A stretch of 64,000 nt of DNA from an uncultured cyanobacterium (GTDB lineage Bacteria; Cyanobacteriota; Cyanobacteriia; PCC-9006; JAAUQQ01). The stretch is from positions 1,664,001 through 1,728,000 of the forward strand of contig OY970368.1 of NCBI GenBank assembly GCA_963718615.1. The letters are read 5' to 3'. The translations under genes were made by a program, and so were the position numbers. Of the stretch, positions 49,972 through 60,411 are shown piece after piece (the first letter of the stretch is position 1; the number at the start of each line of letters is the position of its first letter). Below the pieces are notes generated by a model. That model saw nothing but the letters and a program-made list of their open reading frames with translations, was not told the DNA's origin and did no database searches.

Positions 49972-52900
49972 TTAAATCGAACAAGTAGCTTGAGGCGGTA
50001 TCACGGATCGCCCAGCAACAAGCCTAACCCTACCATCTGGCGTGATTTGAATCTGCTGGGCTTCCAGACTAGAGGGAGCAGAGGCCATGGAGGGTGCGTG
50101 CGGGGGAGAGGAATGCTGGGCAATGTCGAGATCGAAACTATGAATATCCCCAGTCGTGTAAGGAATATTTGCTGGGTTGCCAGGGCGAACCGGTAGACCC
50201 CCTCGCCCGCTGGTTTGAAAAGAACCATTGCTTTGTTTTCCAGTGGTTTGAGCCGCGCAACGGCGATCGAGTCGTTCTGCCCCGCTGATAGGGGTAGTGG
50301 GCAGTTCTGCAAGGCCATTACTGGGATCTACATTGGGGGTATTGAGGCTGACATTGCCCTGAGCACCGCTTTCTGAACTCGCAGTGATATCGCTTTGGGA
50401 GGTCAGCTTAGGGCGAAACTCCAGGCCAAGAATGCCCTGGGAAAAAACATCTACTTTGCCGCCATTACCGGCCACTGCATTGGCCGTGATGTCACTACTT
50501 TCCTTAGGAACCGCAATGATAAAACCGTTCGTGTTATCAATTCTAATATCCCCTCCATTGCCACCTTGTCTTGCATTGGTTTCGATACGGCTGCCATCAC
50601 GAAGTATCAGGAAACCGTTGAGGTTATTGATGGTAATGTCACCGCCATCGCTTTCTCCTGCATTGGTTGCAATGCTACTCTTGTCGCGAAGGAGCAAGAG
50701 TTGAGCAATGTCCAGGTTGATATCGCCACCTTCGGCGCTGGTGGTGCTGGCGCTGAATTGGCTATTGTTAAGGCTCAGATTCCGGGCAGAAACGTTGATG
50801 TCTCCCCCTTGGCCACTCCTATTGCTTTCAACCGTGATGATGGCATGATCGAGGTTAATGTTCTCGCTGCTGAGGGCAATGCCACCCGCTTTACCGCTGC
50901 CGTTGGATTGGGCTGTAAGGCTAGCATTGCTGAGGTTAATTTGATCTGGTACCTTAATTCTTAAGGTACCGCCAATTCCAGATCCACTGGTAGAAGTAGA
51001 GATTTTTCCCTCATCTTGAATGTTCATCCGTTGAGCTTCAATGAGAACGTTGCCTGCACTCCCACTATCTTTTGCCTGAGCAAAGAAACCGCTAAAGGGG
51101 CCATCTACATCGACTTGTTCACTTCTGACTTGACGAATACGTTGCTCGAATTGGCTATCGAAACCTGAAATTTCTATTTCTCTAGCATCAATCACAATTG
51201 AGCCTGCTTGACCAGCACCTTCTGAAGTTGTGAGGATTTGCCCTCCACGGCTCAGGTTGATCTGTTCAGATTGAATATCAATTTTGCCTCCATCAGATGC
51301 ACTGAGGGTTCTAGAGCTTAAAGCCCCTCCATCAGAAATACTAAGAACTTTCGATTTTAAGACTATATTTCCTCCATCACCCGAGGAAGCTTGCCTGCTT
51401 CCTGAAAATAAACCGCTGGATATTCCACGAGATGCACTTCCGAATGTGAAGCGATCATTTGGAATATTACTAGTTCCTGAAATATCGACAATATTAGCCT
51501 CTATGCTAATGTCGCCAGCTTTTGCGTCTCCAGGACGAATTTCTCCAATTTCTTCAGGTGATAGGCCCTGACTTAATAAGCCTGCAACATAGTGTCTCTC
51601 AAAAGCTCTGAGATCATTTTCTGGGTCAAAGGATTCGATCTTATAAATTGCAACTTCATCAATACTGCCTTTAAAAGGTTGTGGATATTGTGGATGTTCC
51701 CAAGAACCAATGACAACGGTGGGTGGTTGCCCCTCAAAGGGTCCTTTTGTGCCCACCGCAGCCTCTAAACCATCAATTTCCAGTCGAGTGGTTTGCCTTG
51801 TTGCTCCAGGAGGACGACTGTGAATAACCTTTGCCACGACATGATGCCATTGATTATCAAAGGGCAACACACCGATGGGGGTGTCTAAATCATCTCCCCA
51901 CAAGCCAAGCCGAACTGCTCCATTGTCATTTAAGCGAAGATGAAAACTTGTTCTAGTCTGACTAGCATCATGTGCACCGAAGAAAACCTGCTCCTTGGGA
52001 GGGTTATTCGGATCAGGCTTGATCCAAGCCTCGACAATAAAGGATGTGTTTTTTAGGTCGAAATCATCATCTACTCTAACAACACCATAAGAATCACCAA
52101 ATCTGGCTGATGTACCGGAAATCCCTAGAGCAGATTGATCAATATTGCCAACATATTTACCCTCAAAATTTGCGCCTGAGCTATTAGGAGCAATGGTTCC
52201 AGTTGTTTCGTCAAACTTCCAATATGCGATCGGTCTATCACGATTAACAATGTCAAAATATATTTTATCTTGCATTGTTTCTGCCAGTTTTCTAAAGGTT
52301 ATTCCTTCTGTTTGTGTTTCAATTCTACCACCAGAAGCCAAAGTAAGCTGAGAAGTCCTTAAACTAATGTTCCCACCATTGCCCGTATTTTTCCTAGAAC
52401 CACTGTAAATAATACTATCTCCAAGAACAGAGATTTGCCTAGTTGAATTGATCTTAATATCACCAGCATTTCCCGTCCCTGTTGTATCAGTATTGATTTG
52501 AGCTTGATTATTCAATTTGATTGCTTGAGTATCAATAAAGATTGATCCGCCATTGACTGAAGACTGAGTAGAAGAGGTAATTTTACCGGAATCTAAATTG
52601 ATTTGACGAGCATAGATTTCTATATCTTTTGCCTCTCCTGAGGAACTTGGTCCTGCACCGTTAAGAATCCACCCATAATATTCAACCGTGAGTGTATCTC
52701 TAGCCGTTAAAGATATTTTTCCACCACCCGTTAAGCCAATCGAGCCAGCTTGAATACGCCCTTCCCCATCTTTTACTGTAATGTTTCTAGCATTTACTGT
52801 AATATTACCCGCACTTTCTCCGGGAGCTGTTCTTGCATCTTGTCTAGCGTCAGTGAATAGTCCAGCAGTGACTCTACCCGGTGCATCAATCAATAAATCT

Positions 52901-54990
52901 TCTTTTAAGTTGATAATAATTCCGTTGTTTCCACCTTTGCTATTCACCCGTGAAGTCATCGTTGAATTGATCATTGAGAGGGAGTTTGCAGCAATTGAAA
53001 TTGTTCCTGCTTCCCCTTTTTGAGAACTCCCATTGCTATCAATTCTGGATCCATTTTTCATTTCCATATGACCAGTCAACTGCACAATGACATTACCCGC
53101 ATTGCCCCTACCCAAAGAACTTGTATTAAGTCCAGCAGTAGAACTAGTGTTGATGAGATGCCTATCGATCGTTAACGTATCCGCAACAACTAAAATATCT
53201 CCTGCCCTCCCTTCACCATTCTCCCGCAACCGAGACCAAAGCTGGGTTCCACCTAAGAGCTTAATATCTCTGGCTCGCAGCGTAATTGAGCCTGCATCTC
53301 CTTTGCCTTTAGAATCTGCGTAAAAATCAGTGAAATTGTCAGCTTTCAATTGGTCTGCAACAATCAGCATATTGCCGGATCTGCCCAATCCATTCGTATC
53401 CAGTTCTAAAATTAATTCAACATCATCCAGCAATACAGAAGGGGCTTTCATCGTGATGTCCCCTGCACGACCAAACTTGGCTGTGGTGTCAACCCTTAAG
53501 AATAAAGCAGCGTCGTCTTTTCCCTCTTGCCCCGGTGGATGGGGACTGCTCAGGTTGATGGCTTGGCCTGCGAGGAGCGTGATATTGCCACCATTCCCCG
53601 CTGCGGGTAGCGCTGAGGTGTTGATTTGGCTGCGGGGGGCGATCGCAATACTCCCCCTCGCATCGATCGCCACCTCCCCCCCATTCCCCACAAAATTAGC
53701 CGTTGTCTGCCCGACATTCCCCGTGCGCTGATCCGTAAAAATCCCCTGCGCCCTGATATCCCCCGCCGCCAAGGTCAAATTCGGCTGATACTGATTCGTC
53801 AACAACACCAACCCATTAGGAGCCTTCACCTCCACCCGCCCCAACTGAATATTGCTCCCCGTCGCACCCGAAACCGTCGGGGCATTGTTAAATCCAGCGC
53901 CTCCACCCTGGCTCAAGGGCCTCGCCGTCGTCCCCGCCCGAATATCCAACACCGGACGATTCACCCCATCCACAGACACCGCCGTTCCATCGGACAACAC
54001 TACCGTCTCCTGCAACGCATTCCCCGATATGTCTGGCCCAGTAATCGTGATTTTCCCGGTGGCGGTCACACTACCCCCAGCGAAAAGATGCAACGACGCT
54101 CCGGTGTAACTATCAAACTGAATATCCCCCGCCGCCTGGATTATCGGATCCTCGGGACTCCAAAAGCTGTTTAGACTTCCATCGAGTTGTTCAATGCGGA
54201 AATTGCCACCACTGCGGACATGGGCGTCCGCTTGGATGGGGTTGGGCGATCGCAACACAACGTCTCCCCCAGCACTCAAGAGACTTTCCGAATGACTGAG
54301 CGTGTCGATCGCCACCTCCCCGCCTTCAATCACCAAATCCTTGCCCGCCTCCAACCGCACCGCCTGCTGCGCCGAATCTTGCACCCGCACCCCCGACTGC
54401 GCTGCCAATCTCAGCTCTCCCCCCACCTGTAACAACCCTTGGGTTTGAATCTGCCCCAACGACCCCGCCCCATACTGCAAACCCGGTGTCAAATTGATCT
54501 GAAGCAACGGCGCGGCCTGCGGATTCACCGCACTAAAACTCAATCCCTCACCAAACTCAACTCGCTCCGCAGTTGTGCCAACAAAACTGCCAGAAATATC
54601 CAATTGTGCATTCGGACCAAACAAAATGCCATGCGGATTCAACAGAAAGAGATCCGCCGTTCCTCGTACCCCCAACGTCCCCAAAATATCCGATCGATTC
54701 CCCCCCGTCACCCGCGCAAAAATCGTCTCAATCGACGAATTCGGCATCAGAAAATAAGCCGAGCGCCCCTCGGCCACTCCAAACTCCGAAAAACTATGAA
54801 ACAGATTGGGGGCACGCACCACCCCACCGCCAATCTCATCCACCGACCCCCAGGGCATCAGCTCAGACCCACCCGCCCCCAAGGTTGCATCGGGCACAAT
54901 CACGGGTTGCGCAACCGCATCACTCCCCGCCAGCACCATCATCGCCCCAGCCAAACTATTCACCAGACAAACAGACAAAATCCGTTGCAT
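49972..54990 (-). CDS. Filamentous haemagglutinin-family (TpsA-like) exoprotein with inserted LamG domain
   Basis: GAGGAG RBS; signal peptide; TPS domain NLFHSFSEF...RVTGG..S.I.G...LLNPHGILFG; beta-helix G.GG.I.I repeats; LamG PIAYWKFDE...WHHVV...FKGSIDEVAIY; C-terminal SDITASS...GRGGLP. Confidence 0.9.
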   Translation of the reverse strand: MQRILSVCLVNSLAGAMMVLAGSDAVAQPVIVPDATLGAGGSELMPWGSVDEIGGGVVRAPNLFHSFSEFGVAEGRSAYFLMPNSSIETIFARVTGGNRSDILGTLGVRGTADLFLLNPHGILFGPNAQLDISGSFVGTTAERVEFGEGLSFSAVNPQAAPLLQINLTPGLQYGAGSLGQIQTQGLLQVGGELRLAAQSGVRVQDSAQQAVRLEAGKDLVIEGGEVAIDTLSHSESLLSAGGDVVLRSPNPIQADAHVRSGGNFRIEQLDGSLNSFWSPEDPIIQAAGDIQFDSYTGASLHLFAGGSVTATGKITITGPDISGNALQETVVLSDGTAVSVDGVNRPVLDIRAGTTARPLSQGGGAGFNNAPTVSGATGSNIQLGRVEVKAPNGLVLLTNQYQPNLTLAAGDIRAQGIFTDQRTGNVGQTTANFVGNGGEVAIDARGSIAIAPRSQINTSALPAAGNGGNITLLAGQAINLSSPHPPGQEGKDDAALFLRVDTTAKFGRAGDITMKAPSVLLDDVELILELDTNGLGRSGNMLIVADQLKADNFTDFYADSKGKGDAGSITLRARDIKLLGGTQLWSRLRENGEGRAGDILVVADTLTIDRHLINTSSTAGLNTSSLGRGNAGNVIVQLTGHMEMKNGSRIDSNGSSQKGEAGTISIAANSLSMINSTMTSRVNSKGGNNGIIINLKEDLLIDAPGRVTAGLFTDARQDARTAPGESAGNITVNARNITVKDGEGRIQAGSIGLTGGGKISLTARDTLTVEYYGWILNGAGPSSSGEAKDIEIYARQINLDSGKITSSTQSSVNGGSIFIDTQAIKLNNQAQINTDTTGTGNAGDIKINSTRQISVLGDSIIYSGSRKNTGNGGNISLRTSQLTLASGGRIETQTEGITFRKLAETMQDKIYFDIVNRDRPIAYWKFDETTGTIAPNSSGANFEGKYVGNIDQSALGISGTSARFGDSYGVVRVDDDFDLKNTSFIVEAWIKPDPNNPPKEQVFFGAHDASQTRTSFHLRLNDNGAVRLGLWGDDLDTPIGVLPFDNQWHHVVAKVIHSRPPGATRQTTRLEIDGLEAAVGTKGPFEGQPPTVVIGSWEHPQYPQPFKGSIDEVAIYKIESFDPENDLRAFERHYVAGLLSQGLSPEEIGEIRPGDAKAGDISIEANIVDISGTSNIPNDRFTFGSASRGISSGLFSGSRQASSGDGGNIVLKSKVLSISDGGALSSRTLSASDGGKIDIQSEQINLSRGGQILTTSEGAGQAGSIVIDAREIEISGFDSQFEQRIRQVRSEQVDVDGPFSGFFAQAKDSGSAGNVLIEAQRMNIQDEGKISTSTSGSGIGGTLRIKVPDQINLSNASLTAQSNGSGKAGGIALSSENINLDHAIITVESNRSGQGGDINVSARNLSLNNSQFSASTTSAEGGDINLDIAQLLLLRDKSSIATNAGESDGGDITINNLNGFLILRDGSRIETNARQGGNGGDIRIDNTNGFIIAVPKESSDITANAVAGNGGKVDVFSQGILGLEFRPKLTSQSDITASSESGAQGNVSLNTPNVDPSNGLAELPTTPISGAERLDRRCAAQTTGKQSNGSFQTSGRGGLPVRPGNPANIPYTTGDIHSFDLDIAQHSSPPHAPSMASAPSSLEAQQIQITPDGRVRLVAGRSVIPPQATCSI

Positions 54991-55067
54991 GAGCTTACTC
55001 CTCAATTTAATGTTCTAACACCACCACAACCAACATCCAATCCCCAGAACGACTACCCAGAAATCAA

Positions 55068-57800
55068 CTACAGCCAATTGCCAATCAAAATCAACGGAGC
55101 CCAACGCGCTGGATGGGCCATCTCTCCACCCTGACGAATTAACGCCACTTGCGCCGCCTGCAAAGCCTGCGCCCGATTCAACTCTGGCTTCAGCAACCCG
55201 CCATAAAACCGCTCTACAATCTCTGCTGTTGCGGCATCATTAATGGACCAGAGAGAGGCCACAGCACTTCTGGCCCCAGCGCGAATCGCTACTCCCGCAA
55301 GCCCTAGCGTGGCCCGTTCATCTCCGATCGCCGTCTCACAGGCCGTCAGCGCCAGCAACTCAATCGGCTCCGTCGTCGGAGCGGCCCGTCGAATCAACCC
55401 ATCCAGTTCCTGAATGGTGATTTTGTTCTGATCCCCTGTCACAATAAAATTGTTCTCCGGTTCTGCCCCGAACTTTCCGTGGGTTGCAATATGGAGGATG
55501 GGATAGTACTTTTGGGCTAATGCCCGCTCTAAACGCGATCGACTAAACTCCTGATTCAGTAACGTTTGTGTTTCCGGCAGTTGCTCAGCCACCGCCATCA
55601 ATTCCTGAGCCACATGGGGCAATGGATCAAACAACTCAGTCCCCACCATGCTCTCCTCTGTTAACCCTAATGCTAGGGCAGAAAGCCCTGCCTTCAAGGG
55701 GTGAGGATCCGTAAGCTGCAAGCTAGGTGTCACCGCAATGGCGTAGTGTTCGATCAAAAAAACTTGACCATCATGCAGTGCTGCCATCGGCACCGTTCGA
55801 AAAATCCCATCATGAACAAACACCAGGGTTTGGGTTTCGCTCTTTTGTAATTGGAACTCAAAAGGTCGAATTAACCAGTGATAGATTTCTTGAGCCCCCT
55901 CAGGCTCAAAATCCCGAAAATAAGATTCTAAGCCGCGCCGAAACTCACTCACTTTCGCGCGTAACTGGACACTGTCCAACTCAATCCAGGCCACTTGAGT
56001 TTGCCCGTCAGGGAAGCTCGCAATCACCGCTGTGCGATCCGGAAAAATAATCGTATTGATAACCGCTGCGCGATCGCGACTGTTCTGGATCTCGGTCACT
56101 GCTAGATTTGGAGTCAGGTCACAATCGCCACCCAAGTAATTTTGCAACTCGGCTACCTTGAGGGAATCTATCGTTTTGAGCACAGCCATGACTGGCTTTT
56201 GGTTTGGCTTTTCACGAATTTGAGTGCCTCGACTTGGCTGGGATCGCAATTGCTTTAATGGCAGATCTTTCGTAGAACTCAACGATTGCATGGGTTGACC
56301 GAGGGGAGCGATCGACGCTAGCTGCAAAGCAGCTAGATCTCGATAAATGGGTTCGATAGTTTCTCGAAAGTCAAACTGAATCTCTGGATCGGTCGCCAGC
56401 AAATCACTCCGAATTGCATCCAGTGCAGCCACGGCCTCTTGATAGAACGCGATCGCCAGATCTCCCTTGCCCTGAGCCTTAAGAATTCGGCCCATCTGCC
56501 AATTCAAAAGATAAAGACTATCCAGGCTATCTGGCACAGCCATCATGGATTGAAGGGATGCTTGAGTTAGCTTTAACGCTTGTTTAGAGTTTCCTTGACA
56601 TTCGGCGAGATGCCCCAATTCACCTTTAACAAAAGCGATCGCTCGTTGATCTTGAAGCTTTTGAGCAATGGGTAAGGCTTGTTTCTCCAAGAGCAATGTG
56701 GCCTCTGTGATTCTTCCCGCTCCCAGGCACCGCGATGGAACTCGTCCCTCGGATATCATCGAAAGGTCAAGCGATCGCGCCAGATGAATCAAACCCAAAA
56801 CTTTACCTTGCGAAGGAGGAAGCTGTGGAAGCAATCGATGAGCCGCATGGTGCGTTGTCTGGGCCTGCGAGAAATTTTCCTGCTTGGCATAAATAGCAGC
56901 CAAGTGCAGTAGTATGCCAAATTCTTCAAGCACATGAGCAGAGGAATGCTCGGACTGTTGTACCAGGGCAAGCGCCTGCTCAAACGCAAACTGAGCCTGC
57001 TGATATTGTTCAGTCGCTCGCGCTTGCGGTGCTTTTGCGAACTCCTCATCTCCCATTTCTAAGGCAACCTTAGCGCGCTGGAAATTAACGCGACCAAGAT
57101 CCTCATAAACACTCCCCAATCCGACCCAAAGGGAAAGTTCATGGGGGTGAGCATTCTGGCTTTTGGCAAGTGCCTGGGCTGTTTTCAGCTGCTGAAGAGC
57201 GAATGAATACTCCCCGATCAGTCGATAGGTTTCACCCAGGGTTCCTAACGCGGCAATCTCCGTTGCGACAGAACCACTGCTACGAGCCAAGGCCAAAGCG
57301 CTTTCGGAGCGACAGGACGGATTACCTGCCGGGCCACAGAGCAAGTTGAAGGCACGGCGGTGATGTCCGAGCAGGTTGTAGGCTTGGGCCAGTTCGACCG
57401 ATAGACGGGCTTGTTCGGGGCGATCGCCCAAGGCTTGAGTACTCTGCACAGCCCGCTGCCAATAGTCCACAGCTTGGAAGGATTGCCCAAGTTGCTGAGC
57501 TGTCCTGGCAAGGTTTTCTAAAAGGAGAGCCCGCTCTTTACCATGTTCCTGAGCGGGGAGCACTTCCAAAGCGGCTTGCCAGATGGAAGCGGCAGATGCG
57601 TAATCACCCGCCCGGTAAGCATGCACCCCTTGATGCAGCAAACCCACCTCAAGCCCTGCCTCGGACAGGTATGTTGGCTCCGCTGACCGAGCCACTACTC
57701 TAGTTGCCCAAGGGTTTAACAAAAAACATAGCAGTAAACCCACACACCAAAATGCACCGAATTGTCGCCAACCAGAAGAACAAAAGCGCAATCTCACCAT
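55068..57800 (-). CDS. TPR-CHAT (caspase-like) domain protein with N-terminal signal/TM segment
   Basis: TPR helices; LHIATHGKF (His) and LTACETAIG (Cys); GLAGVA..AGARS..ASLW.I.D; HP..WAP..LIGNWL. Confidence 0.92.
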   Translation of the reverse strand: MVRLRFCSSGWRQFGAFWCVGLLLCFLLNPWATRVVARSAEPTYLSEAGLEVGLLHQGVHAYRAGDYASAASIWQAALEVLPAQEHGKERALLLENLARTAQQLGQSFQAVDYWQRAVQSTQALGDRPEQARLSVELAQAYNLLGHHRRAFNLLCGPAGNPSCRSESALALARSSGSVATEIAALGTLGETYRLIGEYSFALQQLKTAQALAKSQNAHPHELSLWVGLGSVYEDLGRVNFQRAKVALEMGDEEFAKAPQARATEQYQQAQFAFEQALALVQQSEHSSAHVLEEFGILLHLAAIYAKQENFSQAQTTHHAAHRLLPQLPPSQGKVLGLIHLARSLDLSMISEGRVPSRCLGAGRITEATLLLEKQALPIAQKLQDQRAIAFVKGELGHLAECQGNSKQALKLTQASLQSMMAVPDSLDSLYLLNWQMGRILKAQGKGDLAIAFYQEAVAALDAIRSDLLATDPEIQFDFRETIEPIYRDLAALQLASIAPLGQPMQSLSSTKDLPLKQLRSQPSRGTQIREKPNQKPVMAVLKTIDSLKVAELQNYLGGDCDLTPNLAVTEIQNSRDRAAVINTIIFPDRTAVIASFPDGQTQVAWIELDSVQLRAKVSEFRRGLESYFRDFEPEGAQEIYHWLIRPFEFQLQKSETQTLVFVHDGIFRTVPMAALHDGQVFLIEHYAIAVTPSLQLTDPHPLKAGLSALALGLTEESMVGTELFDPLPHVAQELMAVAEQLPETQTLLNQEFSRSRLERALAQKYYPILHIATHGKFGAEPENNFIVTGDQNKITIQELDGLIRRAAPTTEPIELLALTACETAIGDERATLGLAGVAIRAGARSAVASLWSINDAATAEIVERFYGGLLKPELNRAQALQAAQVALIRQGGEMAHPARWAPLILIGNWL

Positions 57801-58128
57801 AGGGGCAGATCAATCTCTCCGTACGAATTGCATGACCGTTATCGATTTCCTCTGAAGTCTGGAAACATGGCTCACGCACTAAATCTGCGTAAAGAATATA
57901 CTTAGAGGAAATACTGATTCTCGCTGCTTTGCTACTTTTATTCTACGAGATTACACTTATTTATCCGGGAAATGTCACAAAAACTGGACTTACAATAGCC
58001 AATCGATCGATGGAGCGACTAGGTCATGAGTTCTATATTTTAAAACGGTATCCCAGCAGAAAATGACTGTTCTATTTTCACCTAGAACACACAGGTCTAG
58101 AACAAAACCCCACGGGTTTGCCTTGAAC

Positions 58129-60195
58129 CTATCCATCTAGCTCTAGCAGCCCGAGGGGCGTATGGAGCAGCTCTAGGGAGTCTACGCAGCGTTGCTGATC
58201 CAACACTTGTAAATAGCGTCGCTCGTCATAAAACATCTTTTGAAACTCCAAAACCTCAGCATTCATCTGCCGATATAGGCGCTCAATTTGTTCTTCTGCA
58301 TCCTCGCCGTCATCCAATCCCTGGGCCAATAGCTTGCCAATGCAGGACTCGATCGTTTGCACCGATTGTCTGGCCCAGGAATCCAGCAAATGCCGACAGC
58401 GTTTTTCGCAGTTAATGCGCTCCAGGGTTGCCACCGCTGCTCGAATGACAATGGGCGATCGCGCAATATCCAAGCGACTCTTCTCATCCAGATATAAAAT
58501 ATTCATCACCATGGGCGTCGCCTCGCGGGGAATATCCGTAATACCATCGCGTAAGGGATTGAGCAGGTCGAGGCTGCTGAGCCTGTCCCGTTGATTGAGC
58601 AGTTGGTCCAAATCATCCACCAGATCCCCAAACGCCGATCGCTCCACCTGACGAATTGCTCCCCAAAGTAGCCGATGGGCTTGAAAGGTAAAATTGGCCA
58701 GATCCCGTTCCCGCATGGCTTGAAGCACCGCCAAGCGTTCCTTGGAGCAATGCAGATAGATTTGCAGCAGTTGAGCCTCCGCCAACTCGCGAATCGTGTA
58801 GTCGCCGGGACGTTCCCATTTTTGCGATCGCCCATGCCAGCGGTGTCCTCGCACTTGCGATCGCAAATCCTCTTCCAGTTGCAACGCCATCCGGGCTTCC
58901 CCTTGGCTCAGCAACTCGGCACAATGGTGAATATAATGGGTTCTTAGGGGCGTATTGGGCAGATTCCCGAGCAGCTTGACCAGACCCTGAAGCGTCCTTT
59001 GAAACTGATCCGCCTGCTTGAGATCGCGACCCAGCAAATGCCGCTGGATCTGCCAGTCAATCCAGAGGGGAGCCTTATCGAGTAAATTGCGATAAAACCC
59101 AGGGGATGATGCCCTCAGGAATTCATCTGCATCCTTGCCCTCCGGCAAATTCAAAACCCGCAGTTCCACCTGACCCTGATAGGCCAGATCTTCCACTTCG
59201 CCGATCGCCCGTTCCGCCGCCTTATTCCCCGCCCCATCGGCATCAAAATTGAGAATAATTCGCTTCGATTCCGTATAGCGCAGCAGTTGCTTCACCTGAT
59301 GCAAACTCAGGGCCGTCCCCAGGGCCGCCACCGCATTGGTGATCCCAGCGGCATGGAGCGCAATCACATCGAAATAGCCTTCGACGACGACCGCCCGATC
59401 GGCCTTGGCAATCTGGGCACGGGCTTTGTCCAGGCCAAACAGCATTTTGCCCTTGTCAAACAGCTCCGTCTCCGGGGAGTTCAGGTACTTGGGGGTATCG
59501 TCGGTGAGGGTGCGTCCCCCGAAGCCAATCACCCGGCTTTGGATGTCGTGGATGGGGATCATGAGGCGATCGCGAAACCGATCGTAATACCCCTCCCCTT
59601 GTTTGCGCGGAATAATCAGTCCCGCCTGCTCCACCAGGGACACGGGATAGCGCTTTTGCTCCGTCAGGTAACTAAACAGCGTCGCCCAGCCCGCCGGAGA
59701 ATACCCCAGTTGGAAGGTTTGAATCGTGCCATCGTCAAGCTGCCGTTTGGTTTTGAGATAGTCCAGCGCCGCCTCGCCCACAGGCTGGCGTAGGGCATGT
59801 TCATAAAATTTTGCCGTTACCGCCAAAATTTCGTAGAGCTGCTCCCGCAGGGTTAGCTTACGCTGGAGCTCCTGGCGCTGCTCGGGCTCTAAGGTTTGGA
59901 CCGGCACACTGTAGCGGTTGGCCAGATCCAAAACCACATCGGCAAAACTGGTCTTATTCAACTCCATCAAAAACTTAATGGAATTGCCCCCAGCTCCGCA
60001 GGCAAAACAGTAGTAAAACTGCTTTGCTGGGCTAACCGTAAAACTGGGATTATTTTTGTCATCGTGAAACGGACAAAGACCGGCAAAGTCCTTGCCGCGC
60101 TTTTTCAGGACAACATGCTCTGAGACGATATCGACGATATCCGCCCGCTGTTTGACCGCTTCGATGGTGTCAGGATGGAGGCGGGGGGTGGGCAT
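58129..60195 (-). CDS. dnaG: DNA primase
   Basis: CPFHDD...CFAC zinc finger, YDRFRDRL, FGGR, PKYLNSPET, VEGYFDV, GTAL, FDADGAG, KDADE. Confidence 0.97.
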   Translation of the reverse strand: MPTPRLHPDTIEAVKQRADIVDIVSEHVVLKKRGKDFAGLCPFHDDKNNPSFTVSPAKQFYYCFACGAGGNSIKFLMELNKTSFADVVLDLANRYSVPVQTLEPEQRQELQRKLTLREQLYEILAVTAKFYEHALRQPVGEAALDYLKTKRQLDDGTIQTFQLGYSPAGWATLFSYLTEQKRYPVSLVEQAGLIIPRKQGEGYYDRFRDRLMIPIHDIQSRVIGFGGRTLTDDTPKYLNSPETELFDKGKMLFGLDKARAQIAKADRAVVVEGYFDVIALHAAGITNAVAALGTALSLHQVKQLLRYTESKRIILNFDADGAGNKAAERAIGEVEDLAYQGQVELRVLNLPEGKDADEFLRASSPGFYRNLLDKAPLWIDWQIQRHLLGRDLKQADQFQRTLQGLVKLLGNLPNTPLRTHYIHHCAELLSQGEARMALQLEEDLRSQVRGHRWHGRSQKWERPGDYTIRELAEAQLLQIYLHCSKERLAVLQAMRERDLANFTFQAHRLLWGAIRQVERSAFGDLVDDLDQLLNQRDRLSSLDLLNPLRDGITDIPREATPMVMNILYLDEKSRLDIARSPIVIRAAVATLERINCEKRCRHLLDSWARQSVQTIESCIGKLLAQGLDDGEDAEEQIERLYRQMNAEVLEFQKMFYDERRYLQVLDQQRCVDSLELLHTPLGLLELDG

Positions 60196-60411
60196 AGGCC
60201 AGGGACGCTGTAATGTCTTTTATTGTACGGAGAAAGCCCGGTGGATCCAAGGCAGACCGAAAAGGGCGGAAAGTCAAGGGATGTCGGGCGCTATCATAGA
60301 CCTCACGCCCGCTCCGTACAAGTTTTTCTGCCAAGGGCACCGTTTGGCGTAAAGTTTCGTCACGAAGGTGTGGGTGTAAGAAAGTGTCTCAGATGTGCTT
60401 GGTGTGATGGT

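Noticed and set aside
53626-55134. Long + strand ORFs (182-231 aa) antisense to the FHA gene, and similar ones opposite dnaG
   Set aside because: Low-complexity Arg/Pro/His-rich shadows caused by GC skew and codon bias of the real genes
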